From Epiperipatus broadwayi (taxonomy: Eukaryota; Animalia; Onychophora), in contig JAQFVV010000004.1 of NCBI GenBank assembly GCA_028023455.1, forward strand, positions 15,810,001 to 15,874,000: a DNA stretch of 64,000 nucleotides, written 5' to 3'. Both the position numbers and the translations under genes were made by a program. How positions within the stretch are numbered: the stretch's first letter is position 1; every line of letters begins with the position of its first letter. Under the pieces are notes generated by a model, which was not told the DNA's origin, did no database searches, and worked only from the letters and a program-made list of their open reading frames with translations. Below, piece after piece: positions 27,400 to 38,614 of the stretch.

Positions 27400-27800
27400 A
27401 CATTTAAAAATAAATTCGAGGACAATTAGATTTGAAGACGTGCTTGTTCAACAACAGAATTGAAGCGTACAGCATTTCACGGACTGTTTTTCAAAAAGAT
27501 CTAAGTATTTATAATTTTACAAAAATATAAATGAAAAAAAATACATCGGAAGGCGGTAGTGAGCGCCATCTAGAATTTTAAAAAATTTATAAATCGAAAA
27601 CTACTTCCCGATTCATTTCATTTTGTTTCAATATTATCGTTCTATTATTAAATTAAATAATAAAAAAATAGTTTCTCTTAAAAGGGGGTAGCGGCAAGAG
27701 TTCTGACTAAATTATTTTATAAATATTTTATTGAGAAGCATTGTAGTCAACTTGAATTCGGCATCGTCACATATTTAGCATATTAATTGATTTTCAAGAT
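27400..27800. promoter_or_regulatory. CpG-enriched patch, possible promoter or insulator
   Basis: CpG cluster in a CpG-poor window; AGCGCCATCTAG near 27563 resembles the CTCF core. Confidence 0.3.
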
Positions 27801-28084
27801 ATCTATTGCAAATCATTCATAAAAGAATCTATAGAGATTTCAACCAAGAAATGGATTCATTCATGACTTTATTTGCTACTTTTCATTTTGCCATTGTTGC
27901 AGAAATATAATGCAAAAAAAAATATGGTAAATTGGTTCTAATTTTATTAATGAGATTGCTTAATATTTGAAAAGATCACATCAAACTGGTTTTGTTTATT
28001 TATATATAAAAAAGTTTATTCATTATATACAATTAAAAAAATTGCATAAAATAAAATAATTAACAGAAAGAATAAACATATGCA

Positions 28085-28400
28085 GACATCATCATAAACA
28101 TATTATTTTCAGCTCAACGTTAATCCATGACAGAATGAAGATCTCTTCAAGTTTAATACAGTTTTTCTGAGTCATAGACTCTCTTCTTCACATTACATCA
28201 AAAAACTTCCTTATTTCATCTGTGATTTTTTTTCTAAATCTTTTATAATTTCTTAAATCCAATTTAAAACTACAATCGTCCATCTATTATATCTTTTAGA
28301 AATATGTTAAGGTCCATTTCTCTTACCCATGTATTCCATTTTTAATCTCTTCTTGCTACTTGTAATTCATACTTCAGTGAGGAATCTGAAGTTTCCATAT
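28085..28400 (-). mobile_element. Decayed RTE 3' fragment
   Basis: Similar to 24558-24800 (aatcca..acag.atgaag.tctct.caagtttaat). Confidence 0.7.
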
Positions 28401-28461
28401 TACTCATCTGTTAAATATTCAAGTCACAGATGTATAAATAAAAACTAGTAAAAATGCATAC

Positions 28462-28770
28462 TGTAACGGTCAAAATCATGTGATCAGCCAACAAGCTTCA
28501 GAGACATAGCAAAAGTACTTCAAACCCAGCATGTTCGGGATATGGTAGTCGCGGAACAGTACTAAGCTTTAACCTATTTTCCAGTGCTCCAAAATCTCCA
28601 TTATCTGACCAACACTCCTGATGCTACTAATGGCAATCATTTTTCTTCAGTCCCGGTAGTCAGGGTAAAACAAGGACTCTATTGATTCAAACTCAGATTG
28701 TCATGCACTAGAATTATTAAATTAATTTAAGATACTCACCAGCCCCATCAGAACCTAATACTTTGATACA
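28462..28770. mobile_element. Short solo-LTR-like repeat (TGTAACGGTC...ACA)
   Basis: Same start and internal ggtRgtcaggg...gactc as 38357-38614; no TSD seen. Confidence 0.45.
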
Positions 28771-29009
28771 ACTCAGAATATTATTTTAAATATTTCATAG
28801 GTCTTGAATATACACATAGGTTATTTCATTAAGTATGGATATAGTCGGGTGGATGTGATCAACCAGGGAATGATATTACAACTGTATAGATAGATATACA
28901 TGATTTATTAACACAACTTCAGCAAAAGCTAGAAATAACAATAAGAATGTTTGGATCTTATTATGATCCATGTATGGGCATTACATATGAACCAAAATTT
29001 AAAAATTAC

Positions 29010-29310
29010 AATAATATTGAAATATCAGTTATTATACATGTGTAAGCATTACAAAGAATTATCTATTGATTATGGCAACAGTATTTGTGTATCAGTAGGA
29101 TAAATGTACAAAAATCACACGTCAATAATGACAACAACAGTTATGAACCAGAAATAACAATTACCATATTTAAACATCAGTATTAGATATGTGTGAGCAT
29201 TACAATGAGGTCGTACGTCAATAATGACAACAGAAGTTATGAAACAGAAACAATAATTACAACAAATAGTAAATGTTAGTATTATATTTATGTGAAAAAA
29301 CAGAAAATCG
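29010..29310. repeat. Diverged tandem repeat of about 100 bp, roughly 3 units
   Basis: acgtcaataatgacaaca..agttatgaa.cagaaa at about 29120 and 29216; atRtgtgtRagcattaca recurs. Confidence 0.7.
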
Positions 29311-29339
29311 ATTAGCTATTACAATTACAATAATATATT

Positions 29340-29880
29340 TTGAAATGACATATATTTTTCATGGAGGAATGAAACATGCAATTAAATCTATGAAAAATGG
29401 AAAAACTGCAGAAATGATGGAATTTTTATCCATATCTTAAGAAAATATTGGTTAAGGTATACATTAAATATTTAAATGACAAATTTAATTGGAAGAATAC
29501 CTAGTAATATTAATATTTAAGACTAGTATATATTAAACTGAATAAAAATGTTACTTGAGTAAACCTAATTTGTATTAAAGTAGAAAAATCCCAGTAGTCA
29601 TAGTTTACTGTTTGTAAATATGTACAGTATATACAATTGCCAAAATATACAAAATCAAAAATCATAAAGGGAAAAAAATCCAAAAAAACTGTTATTAATA
29701 AAAAAATAGAAGTATGAATTGAATGACTAAAAATGACAAAATCTTTAAAATAATGAGTTTTATATTATAGTTTGATCAAATTATAGATAAATCTGATACA
29801 GGTTCAGAAGGATGTGGATTTTGAGATATAAAAACTAAAAAGTCACCTAATAGAAAATGGTATAGCAATCGAAATATTTA
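29340..29880 (+). mobile_element. Decayed LINE RT fragment
   Basis: EEMKHAIKSMKNGKTA motif and QxGF-like ggatgtggatttt. Confidence 0.5.
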
Positions 29881-29936
29881 ATCTGCTGAAGAAAAATTTG
29901 TAAAAACTATCATTTTTAAATATAAACTAAAAATAA

Positions 29937-30036
29937 GCCAAGAGGTCAGCGCAGCTTCCTTGCAAGCAAGCAGTTGGTTGCAGACGGTTGTTGCGGGTTC
30001 GCCTCCCAGCCGATGCTATGACATATGGGGAAAAAA
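29937..30036 (+). mobile_element. tRNA-Gly-derived SINE with 13-bp TSD
   Basis: TSD AAACTAAAAATAA at 29924-29936 and 30037-30049. Confidence 0.9.
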
Positions 30037-32542
30037 AAACTAAAAATAAACTAAGAATCCTAATGTGCATTGAATTTATGTTATTATTTTATACAAAAGG
30101 TGATAGATAGAACTTTTTTTAAAAAAAAATAGATCTATGTTACTATCAATCCACTATAAATGTCTCATTAATATTGTTTTTGGAAAAGTATAAATAAACT
30201 TTAAAAACACTTAATAATTTCAACCAGTTGCTGGAAATAGACTGATTTAGAACGGCAAAACAAATGCCATCCCCATAAATCTTCAGACAGACATTAAATA
30301 ATCACTATACAATTAATAAATTAATATAAACATATATTTTAAATAATATTAAAATTTTTTAAAAAAAGCAGATACAATAATTATCCATGAATTAACAAAC
30401 CAAAAAGATGTCTTTTTATCAATTTTAATTTTAAAAAAAATATTTTCATGGAAAAAAACTATTAAAAAGTTGGGGAGGGATTCTGATTTTTAAACCAACT
30501 GCCTTGAGAGTTCGAGATTTTAAGAACATACTTTGGTGAAGAAGTAAAAAAGATTGGAAACTAATCAGTGATATTTTATTTATTATTATTTGATTACATA
30601 AAAATACATATACAGAATCTATATTTGATATGATGTGTACTTAAATTATATATATTATTCAACTTTAATTGTTTAAATTTTCCTTTGCATGTAAATGTTT
30701 TACAGAGCACAGATTTACAATGAGAATGGGGTAAAAAGTATATTGTCTAATCATTCTTAATCTAGCAAAATTATTAATCTAAGGAAGTCTCAGGAATGGA
30801 AAATGGCAAAATAACAATATTGAAGCTGCTAGTCTATTTGTATAAGTTTTATATCATTGCAGGTAATCTGAGGAGTTCTTTGTTTAATGAGACATTAGTA
30901 AAATTGCTTGTTTTAAATCTCAATTTTTATTTTAATGGTTTATTTGAAGTAAATTTGAAACAATTCAATATTGAATTTTGTTTTTCCCCCCATTTAACAG
31001 AGTTTGATTTTTTTTTTTTCACGGATCAAATTTAATCACAGAAATATGGCCTTTTAATTACACTAAAATATTCAAGAGGTATCTATAATAGCTTACTTTC
31101 AATCAATTTTTCAATAATTTAATCTATATAGAATAGCAACTTATAATATACTGTCAGATAATAAAAAGATAAAAAATAAGTCTTTAAATTTTGCCAGAGT
31201 TTCCTACAGAAGATGATTAAAGATAATTCCTACCAAAGGAGTCAAATATGAGATGGTGAAAATTAATAGTTTTTATTTCATTTCACTCGTTTTGTTATAA
31301 GTCAATTACATAAACAAAAATCCTAAACTTTCTTTAACTATGAAAACAAGTTTGACTCTGATTCAATTCAGAATAATACCTTTTGACTTTATCTAATGTC
31401 ATTATCACTCTATATTTGTTATTCATTATTAGATGCTACAATGTCACGGGGAACTTCTGTGAATCATTTAATATCTCCAAAACAACCTACCATTTCTTTG
31501 GTTTTTCAGTTCTTTTTAATGGCATACATTATTGTGATCGCAGAATACATCTATATCATTGTCACTTATTCTCTTCATCTTTCATTTTCAATGTGCACCT
31601 ACATCTAATCGTAATATAATCAAAATACTTCAATCTGTTAATTTTCATGACTGATCAACCCTTCATTCTTATTGTATTTTCAAAAGTTTCCACCAGTATC
31701 TCAGTTTCGATCCTAACCTTTTCTGGTCTAAGAGCAGGTGACCAGTCAAATAAAATCCAATTATATGAAACTATTGCAAACTAATGCAAAAAAATCTAAA
31801 TATCAGTCAAATGTTTATAGTCTTTACAAAACTTGTTTGAAAGTATTAAAAAATATATCAACATTTTGCACAGGATGATACATTTTGACTATGTGTGCAC
31901 TGTCTGTGCTTGAAATATGATCTAAAAAGGCAATAACTGTCATTTATTTTTTAAGTTATTGCTATCAAATTTAAATTTAGCTGCTATATCAGTCGCCATA
32001 GTCTTTGACTTATTTATAATGGCTATAATTCACTCTTTTAATTTTTTTTTATAACTATCTTCTGGTTTTCTCTATTATTAGTTATATTGTTATCAATATA
32101 TCAAAGATTGTTAATGCAACTTAATCCACATTTGCTTTCTTTCAATATAGCTTTCTTATTATATATTTAAATTATAGTCTCTCACTATGTACATTTTAAA
32201 AAACTATGATTTCAATTAAAATTATAATTCTAAAAAAAAAAAAAGAAATGCAAATTAATGCAAAAATAAAATTTTAATTTTTTAATTTATTGTGCAATTT
32301 ATAAATCATCACAAGAAAATGGTTTCTGTTATCTTTCTTAGACAGATATAATCACTTGAATTTAAATTTTGAGTAACACTTTGGTATTGCATTTCATCAA
32401 TAGTTTTCATCACAAAAAGAATGAAGAAAAAGGTTACAAATATAGTAAGTTTTATTTTATTTCTTTTGAGAGCAAGAGATTTCTTAATTTATGTAATTTT
32501 TATTTTGAATTCTATCATTGATATGTACAAACAACAACAACA

Positions 32543-32576
<34 letters not shown>

Positions 32577-32654
32577 TGTATAAAGAGCAGTGCTAATCTA
32601 ATAAATGATACACTCTCTCTAGTCACCTAACAATATGGTAATAAGAATGTAACA

Positions 32655-33305
32655 ACTGAAATATATACATTTTAATAAGTTATGCATTTTATTACTTTAT
32701 GAAATTAATTTACAGAGAGGTAATAAATAAATAGATAAATAATAGATAACTGGAATAGGATTAAATGAATTGCTTTAATATAAAATATTTAATTAAAACA
32801 TATTGTGTACAGTAATTATTATCGAAATAAAAAAATAAATATTAGATAATGGAGGGAAATTTAATTAGTGTGAGTTAAAATACTAATTAAATTTGTAAGA
32901 GATAAAATTAAACTGATAATACACCCAGTATCTAGATTTTCCCTAAATGAACTTAATTATTCCAGAAAACAAAAGGACTGAAAGTATATAAGCTGTGAAA
33001 AAAACAACATGAGCTCTTCTTTATCTTTTTTAAGGCAACTGTATCATAAGAGGAAAGCAGCTGAAGAACCCAGAAGGGACATCTTATTCCTCAGGATCTC
33101 AGTTCCTGAAGATCAATAAGCCAACTAGGATCAAAACAAATCACCTTGATCTTATTATTTTAAATACCTTAAGGGCTGCCAAGCTTAAAGGACAATGATG
33201 ATGCTAAAGAAAAATATACTGCCTTTAATATTTTAATATTAATAAATATATTTATTTTGTGATCATGTTATATAAAAAAGAATAGCATTTGATTCATGTA
33301 TATAT
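32655..33305 (+). repeat. 5' LTR of the Gypsy element
   Basis: Colinear, clearly diverged homology to 37676-38352. Confidence 0.85.
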
Positions 33306-34370
33306 ATATAAATAATATTTGTATATATTAATGTGGATATTATTAAATTGTATAAATTGAAGTCTGTGTTGCTGTGTTCTTTGAAGTCTCATAAATAATA
33401 TTCCATATTAAATTTATTATTCTTACTTTTGGGATTAGTGAACTAAGACATAGCTAAACTTGGTGCAGTCTTTTTGCTCAAACCTATACTTAGAGATGAT
33501 AGTTAGCAGTTTGACAGTTCAAATTAGTTTTGAAAGTATTAAAAATGTCATCATTTGGGCAAACTTGTATTGTTAAGTTTGGTGTGGATAATGCTGCCAA
33601 ATGGCTATTGTACTTAACCCAAGCCGAAAATTTTTGCACCCTACCCCAAATAGAGAGCAATAAACAAAAAGTACAGCACCCTTATGTTATTCTGGTAAAA
33701 ACATTATTAAAATAATAAGTTTCTTGACCCTTCTGTAGTAGATAATATACCATATGAGCGATTAATAAAAAAATTATATATTTTAACCCTCATCCATCCC
33801 ACAATATAACTCACATTTAAGGAATAGAAAGCAGTTTAAATGTAAAACAATTAAAGAGTATAATTCAGCCTGAAATTGCTAATGAAATTTTGTGAGTATG
33901 AAGAGTTTCTTGAGTAAATATTTATGAATCAATTACTCTGGAGCATGTTTGATGACAGGCTCAGATGACAGCTTGTTAACAGAAACTGATCTAATGTATA
34001 AAATTGATATAAAGAAAGATATAGATTATGAGCTAATTTTAGAACAGTAGCATGCTTTTAAATCTAAACCCGAAGATAAAATGAATACACAAGTTTTTAA
34101 AATGGATAAAAAATGTATTATTCTGTAAAAATCTGAGTACAAAGAAGGAAGTAAAGTTATGTGCTTCTGCGGTGTAAAAATAAGTCATAGAGCAAAAGAT
34201 TGTAAATGGAAGCAGAAAACATGTTTAAATGTGGTAGTAAGGGGCACTTAGCATATGTATGTAGAAAATTTGGGAACAGAGAGAGCTCAAAGAAAACTTA
34301 GGTGCAGAAAAACAGGTGAGGTAAATTCTTTAATACTCATATTGTAAAAAACATAGAAGTTAAGGAATCA

Positions 34371-34711
34371 CTAAACATCACATGATCACCATCTCATCCT
34401 AGCACAAAATTGTTGTAAACAAAAGCAAAACTCTCCATACAGTAGTGCCACCTTGTGTTAACAAGAGTAATCAATGGATGCCAGAAGGTTTGTGCATAAA
34501 ATCCCTATCTAGTGCCTACTCATCCAATATCCCCAGACTATTTTCTGGCTTGAGGCTCCTCACTGATGATGGCCACAAGCCAGAAACTAGTCTGGGGTTA
34601 TTGGATGAGTAGGCACTAGATAGGGATTTTATGCACAAGCCTTCTGGCATCCATTGATTACTCTTGATAGCACAAGGTGGCACTACTGTATGGAGAGTTT
34701 TGCTTTTGTTT
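34371..34711. mobile_element. Family A fold-back HHR element nested in the Gypsy element, 14-bp TSD
   Basis: TSD AAGTTAAGGAATCA at 34357-34370 and 34712-34725; near-perfect palindrome about 34418-34711. Confidence 0.95.
34558..34597 (+). ncRNA. Minimal type I hammerhead ribozyme (family A)
   Basis: CCUCA-CUGAUGA-UGGC/CACAA/GCCA-GAAA-CUAG-UC-UGGGG; palindrome ACUAGU. Confidence 0.8.
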
Positions 34712-35981
34712 AAGTTAAGGAATCATAGCAATTCATGATGAAATTTCAACTTTGCAGAAATTTCAACGGAGATAGATAGTGGCTCAGGGATATAATGTCT
34801 GAAGTAGATTGGAGCATACTATTAGCTGCTGGTGCTAGCATTAAAATAGAAAAAAACAGACATTAAGGCCCAAGATATGAGTGAAAACATGAGGAAATTA
34901 CTGAGGTGAATAAAAGTGCCAATTAACTATATGAGAAACTAATTAAATTACTGCTGTATATAGCAAAAGGGAAAATTAGCCCTATAATAAGAGGAAAATG
35001 ACTCCATGGAATAGTAATCCAAGTTAGTATAGTTAAAAAATTTCCCTCAAACAAGAAATTAAAAATAAATATCCAGATTTATTTAGCAAGGAATTGGGTA
35101 TAATATCAGTAAGTTCAGTAGAGATTGAGCTAGTAGAAAATGCATGTCTGATTGTGCACAAACAGTAAAAAATTCCATTTGCACAGAAAACAAAAGTCAA
35201 GGAGAAAATTCAGGGATTGGTCAATAAGGGAATATTGACACCAATAGCAATCTAGATTGTGCCATGCCTATAGTCATAATAACAAAACCCAATGGTCAAA
35301 TATGAATATGTGTGGATTATAGGATAACAGTAAATAAGTATTTAAATAGGTGTCCTATCCAGTACCTAATGTAAGAGGTATTGACTAGTCTGCAAAATGC
35401 ATCACATTTTGTGAGACTGGACCTAAATTCTGCCTTTCATGAAATACTAATGATGAACAAGTCTGTGAAAATATTAATTCTAACAACCGTTGTAGGATTA
35501 TTTAAATACAATCAGCTACCATTGGTATTTCAAGGGCACCAAATATATTTCAAGAAAAAATAAATGCTTTATTACAGGGATGAGATGGTTTAATCATTTA
35601 CTTTAATGACATACTTATAACAGCATGCTTGGAAAAGATGCATTGTCAAAGTCTGTTTAAGGTATGAGAGAAACTGAGAGATTTGAATCAAATTAAATAC
35701 TCAAAAAAGCATGTGGAACAAGAGTAAACAACCATTGCTTAAGAAATATCTGGGTTTAATAAACTATTTTAAACCCTTTCTGCAGAATAAGGCTAAAATA
35801 GCAAACTCTGTATGAATTAGAAAAATCAAAAGTGGTTAAAATACATTTGAAGCTTTTATATGAATCAAAGCCATGCTGTCTTTGGGAAAATTACTAGTTC
35901 ACTTTGATAATAATCCCAAAGTGAACAAATCCTTCAGAATGAGTGTGGGGGTAGTTTTATGCCATTCATCTTATAATGGTT

Positions 35982-36249
35982 AATGAGTCATACATTCTAC
36001 ATTAAGGACCCTTTCTAAAGCTGAGAGAAACTACAGTCAAATTGACAAAGAGGCCTTGGTTATTATGATCGGCTTAAAGAAATTTCATATATTCGGTCAA
36101 TAGGAACCAATCACAATGAGTCATACATTATACATTAAGGACCCTTTCTAAAGCTGAGAGAAACTACAGTCAAATTGACAAAGAGGCCTTGGTTATTATG
36201 ATCGGCTTAAAGAAATTTCATATATTCGGTCAATAGGAACCAATCACAA
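35982..36249 (+). repeat. 133-bp near-identical tandem duplication in Gypsy RNase H
   Basis: Units start at 35982 and 36115; one mismatch seen. Confidence 0.9.
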
Positions 36250-37675
36250 AACAGTATTGGGAATACTAGAAAATGATAAGCTAATGTCTGACCATTTGAG
36301 TTCATGTATATTAAGCTGGAAAAATATATTAGCATCATATGATTATCAGCTGTCATATAAAAAAGGGAAAGAGATTTTACATATAGATGCTTTGTCTAGC
36401 AATCCAGACAAAGATGAACCAGAGTAATGAGATAGAATTTAATTATAGAGATTCCCTACAGACAAACAGGGGCTGAAAAGGTGCCAACTGCTTATAGTCT
36501 GGATTAGAAATGGGTGGCCACTTAAAAAAACCACAAAGTTTTGTGCCTGCTTTTTGGACAAGTCATGACAAGTTATCAATCAGTAAGGATTGTTTTAATG
36601 GGTGATAAGATAGGAATAACAGCAGAGGTTAGAGAAAAAGTTTTAAGACTATTGCATGAAGGCCATCCAAGAATTGTGCATGCCAAAGCTTTAGTGCATA
36701 GCTACATCTGTGGCCAAAGATAACTATAGACATTGAGAAACATTAAAATATACACAGCTTGTTGATCCAAAATGAGTATATACCAGAGCCTAAAGCAACT
36801 AAAGCATGGCAGAGACTTCACATTGACCATACAGTTCAATACTTTTTATACTTATATATGCATATTCTAAATGGGCAGAGTATTGCATTATGAAAAATAA
36901 CTGTGCCAGTGAAATCTAGAAAGTTTAAATGTAGTTTTTTTTTGTGCTATAAATTATGAGAAATAATTGTTTTTGATAATGGCACTGGATTCACTGCTCA
37001 GGAAATAGAAGATCTCTTAAAAAATAAAGGATTCAATCATATCTGTGCAAACCCTTATCATTCTGAATTGAATGGCCTCGTTGAGAAAGCCATTCAACAA
37101 ATTAAAAAGGGAGAAAGACTAATAATACAAACATGCAAGAAGCTTTATATGTCACTATGCTATATCAGCATTTCACATCTTCCATGGTTACAGGTAAATC
37201 CCCAGTTGAGTTGCTGATGGGCAGAAAATTGCATATAAAACTACTAATATTACTTCCAAAAATGGACAAACCTTTTCAATACGATAGTGAAGACTATATA
37301 TATATGAAATAGGTGATAAAGTTTGGGTATGCAATGTGATCAAAAAGAAGATGAACTGAAGGTATAATCACTGAAAAACTATCTAAACAAATAATAACTA
37401 TTCAAATACAAAATGGAACAGAATATCGGAGACATATAAACCATATTCATCAACAAATCATAGAAGACATTCAGTTTCCAGTAGCAATACTAAATGATGG
37501 AGCAGAAATGACTAAAACCTGCTAAAAACAAGAAATAGTTGACATAGCACCTGATGAAGAAATTTAAGAGGAACAACATAAATCACCCAGGCCCAAACAT
37601 AAAAAACAGGGGACAAAAACATTATGAGATTATACGTAAAACATAGTAGCCTATTTTCTCAAGTAAGGGGAGAAA

Positions 37676-38352
37676 TATTGAAATATATGTATTTTAATGT
37701 TAGGTATACATATATTTCAAAGTTATGAAATTAATTTACAGAGAAGAAATAAAATAAATAGATAAATAATAAATAACCAGAATAAGATTAAATGAATTGC
37801 TTTAATATAAAATATTTAATTAAAAGGTTTTGTGTACAATAATTATTATCAGAAGAATAAAATAAATATTAGGTAATGGAAGAAATTTTATTAGTATGAA
37901 TTAAAATACTAATTAAATTTACAGAGATAAAATTAAACTGGTAATACACCAGCCACCTAGATTTTCTCCAATGAGCTTAATTACTCCAGAAAAAAAAAAA
38001 AAAAGCACATAAACTGTGAAAAAAAAACGACACATGCTCTCTTCATCATCTTCAAGGCAAACTGCGTCACAACAGCGAATAAGCGAAAGAACCCAGTGGG
38101 CCATGTCTTATTCCAGAATCTTGGTTCCTAAAGGTCAATAATCCGACAAGGGTCAAAACAGATCACTCCGATCTTATTATTTTAAATTCCTTAAAAGCCA
38201 CTAGGCTTAAAGAACAGTGGCGAAGGTAAAGGTAAATGTAATGCCTTTAGTATCTTAATATTAGTGAATAGACTTAATAAGTGAAAGACTTATATTCCTA
38301 ATTAACTTCAATTCGATTGTATAAATTAGAATATCATTTGATTCATGTATCT
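37676..38352 (+). repeat. 3' LTR of the Gypsy element
   Basis: Follows the PPT; homologous to 32655-33305. Confidence 0.85.
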
Positions 38353-38356
38353 ATAT

Positions 38357-38614
38357 TGTAACGGTCAGAAAATGTGTGACTCGTAAACATAGTGCAGAAT
38401 TCGACCACCACCATTGAGTAGCGAAGCCACCCGTTGTACTGAGTTCGAACATAGTTTATCGGTTCCACAATACAATCCACGAAACAATGCATCTGATGCG
38501 ACATTAGTAAATATTTCTTTAGGCACGGTGGTCAGGGATATGCAAGAGACTCATGATTTTATTCTCGAGTTAGCCAATAATCAAACTAATATTAATTAAA
38601 CATTCATATTTACA
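38357..38614. mobile_element. Short solo-LTR-like repeat abutting the Gypsy 3' LTR
   Basis: TGTAACGGTC...TTTACA; related to 28462-28770. Confidence 0.5.

Larger units (their letters stand above)
32655..38352 (+). mobile_element. Decayed Ty3/Gypsy LTR retrotransposon
   Basis: Two CCHC knuckles (about 34160-34262), protease IDSGSG, RT VDYR and LDLNSAF, RNase H SKAERNYSQIDKEAL, integrase LHEGHP/DNG/PYHSELNGLVEK, PPT aagtaaggggagaaa at 37661. Confidence 0.93.

Noticed and set aside
29010-29310. CRISPR-like or other spaced array
   Set aside because: Eukaryotic context; the units are simply diverged tandem repeats without unique spacers
30450-31750. piggyBac-like remnant on the minus strand
   Set aside because: Only an acidic broken frame; no DDD motifs or TTAA/TIR resolved
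34418-34711. Classical MITE interpretation of the palindromes
   Set aside because: The TSD brackets an asymmetric element with a one-sided tail, TSD length varies and an HHR sits inside
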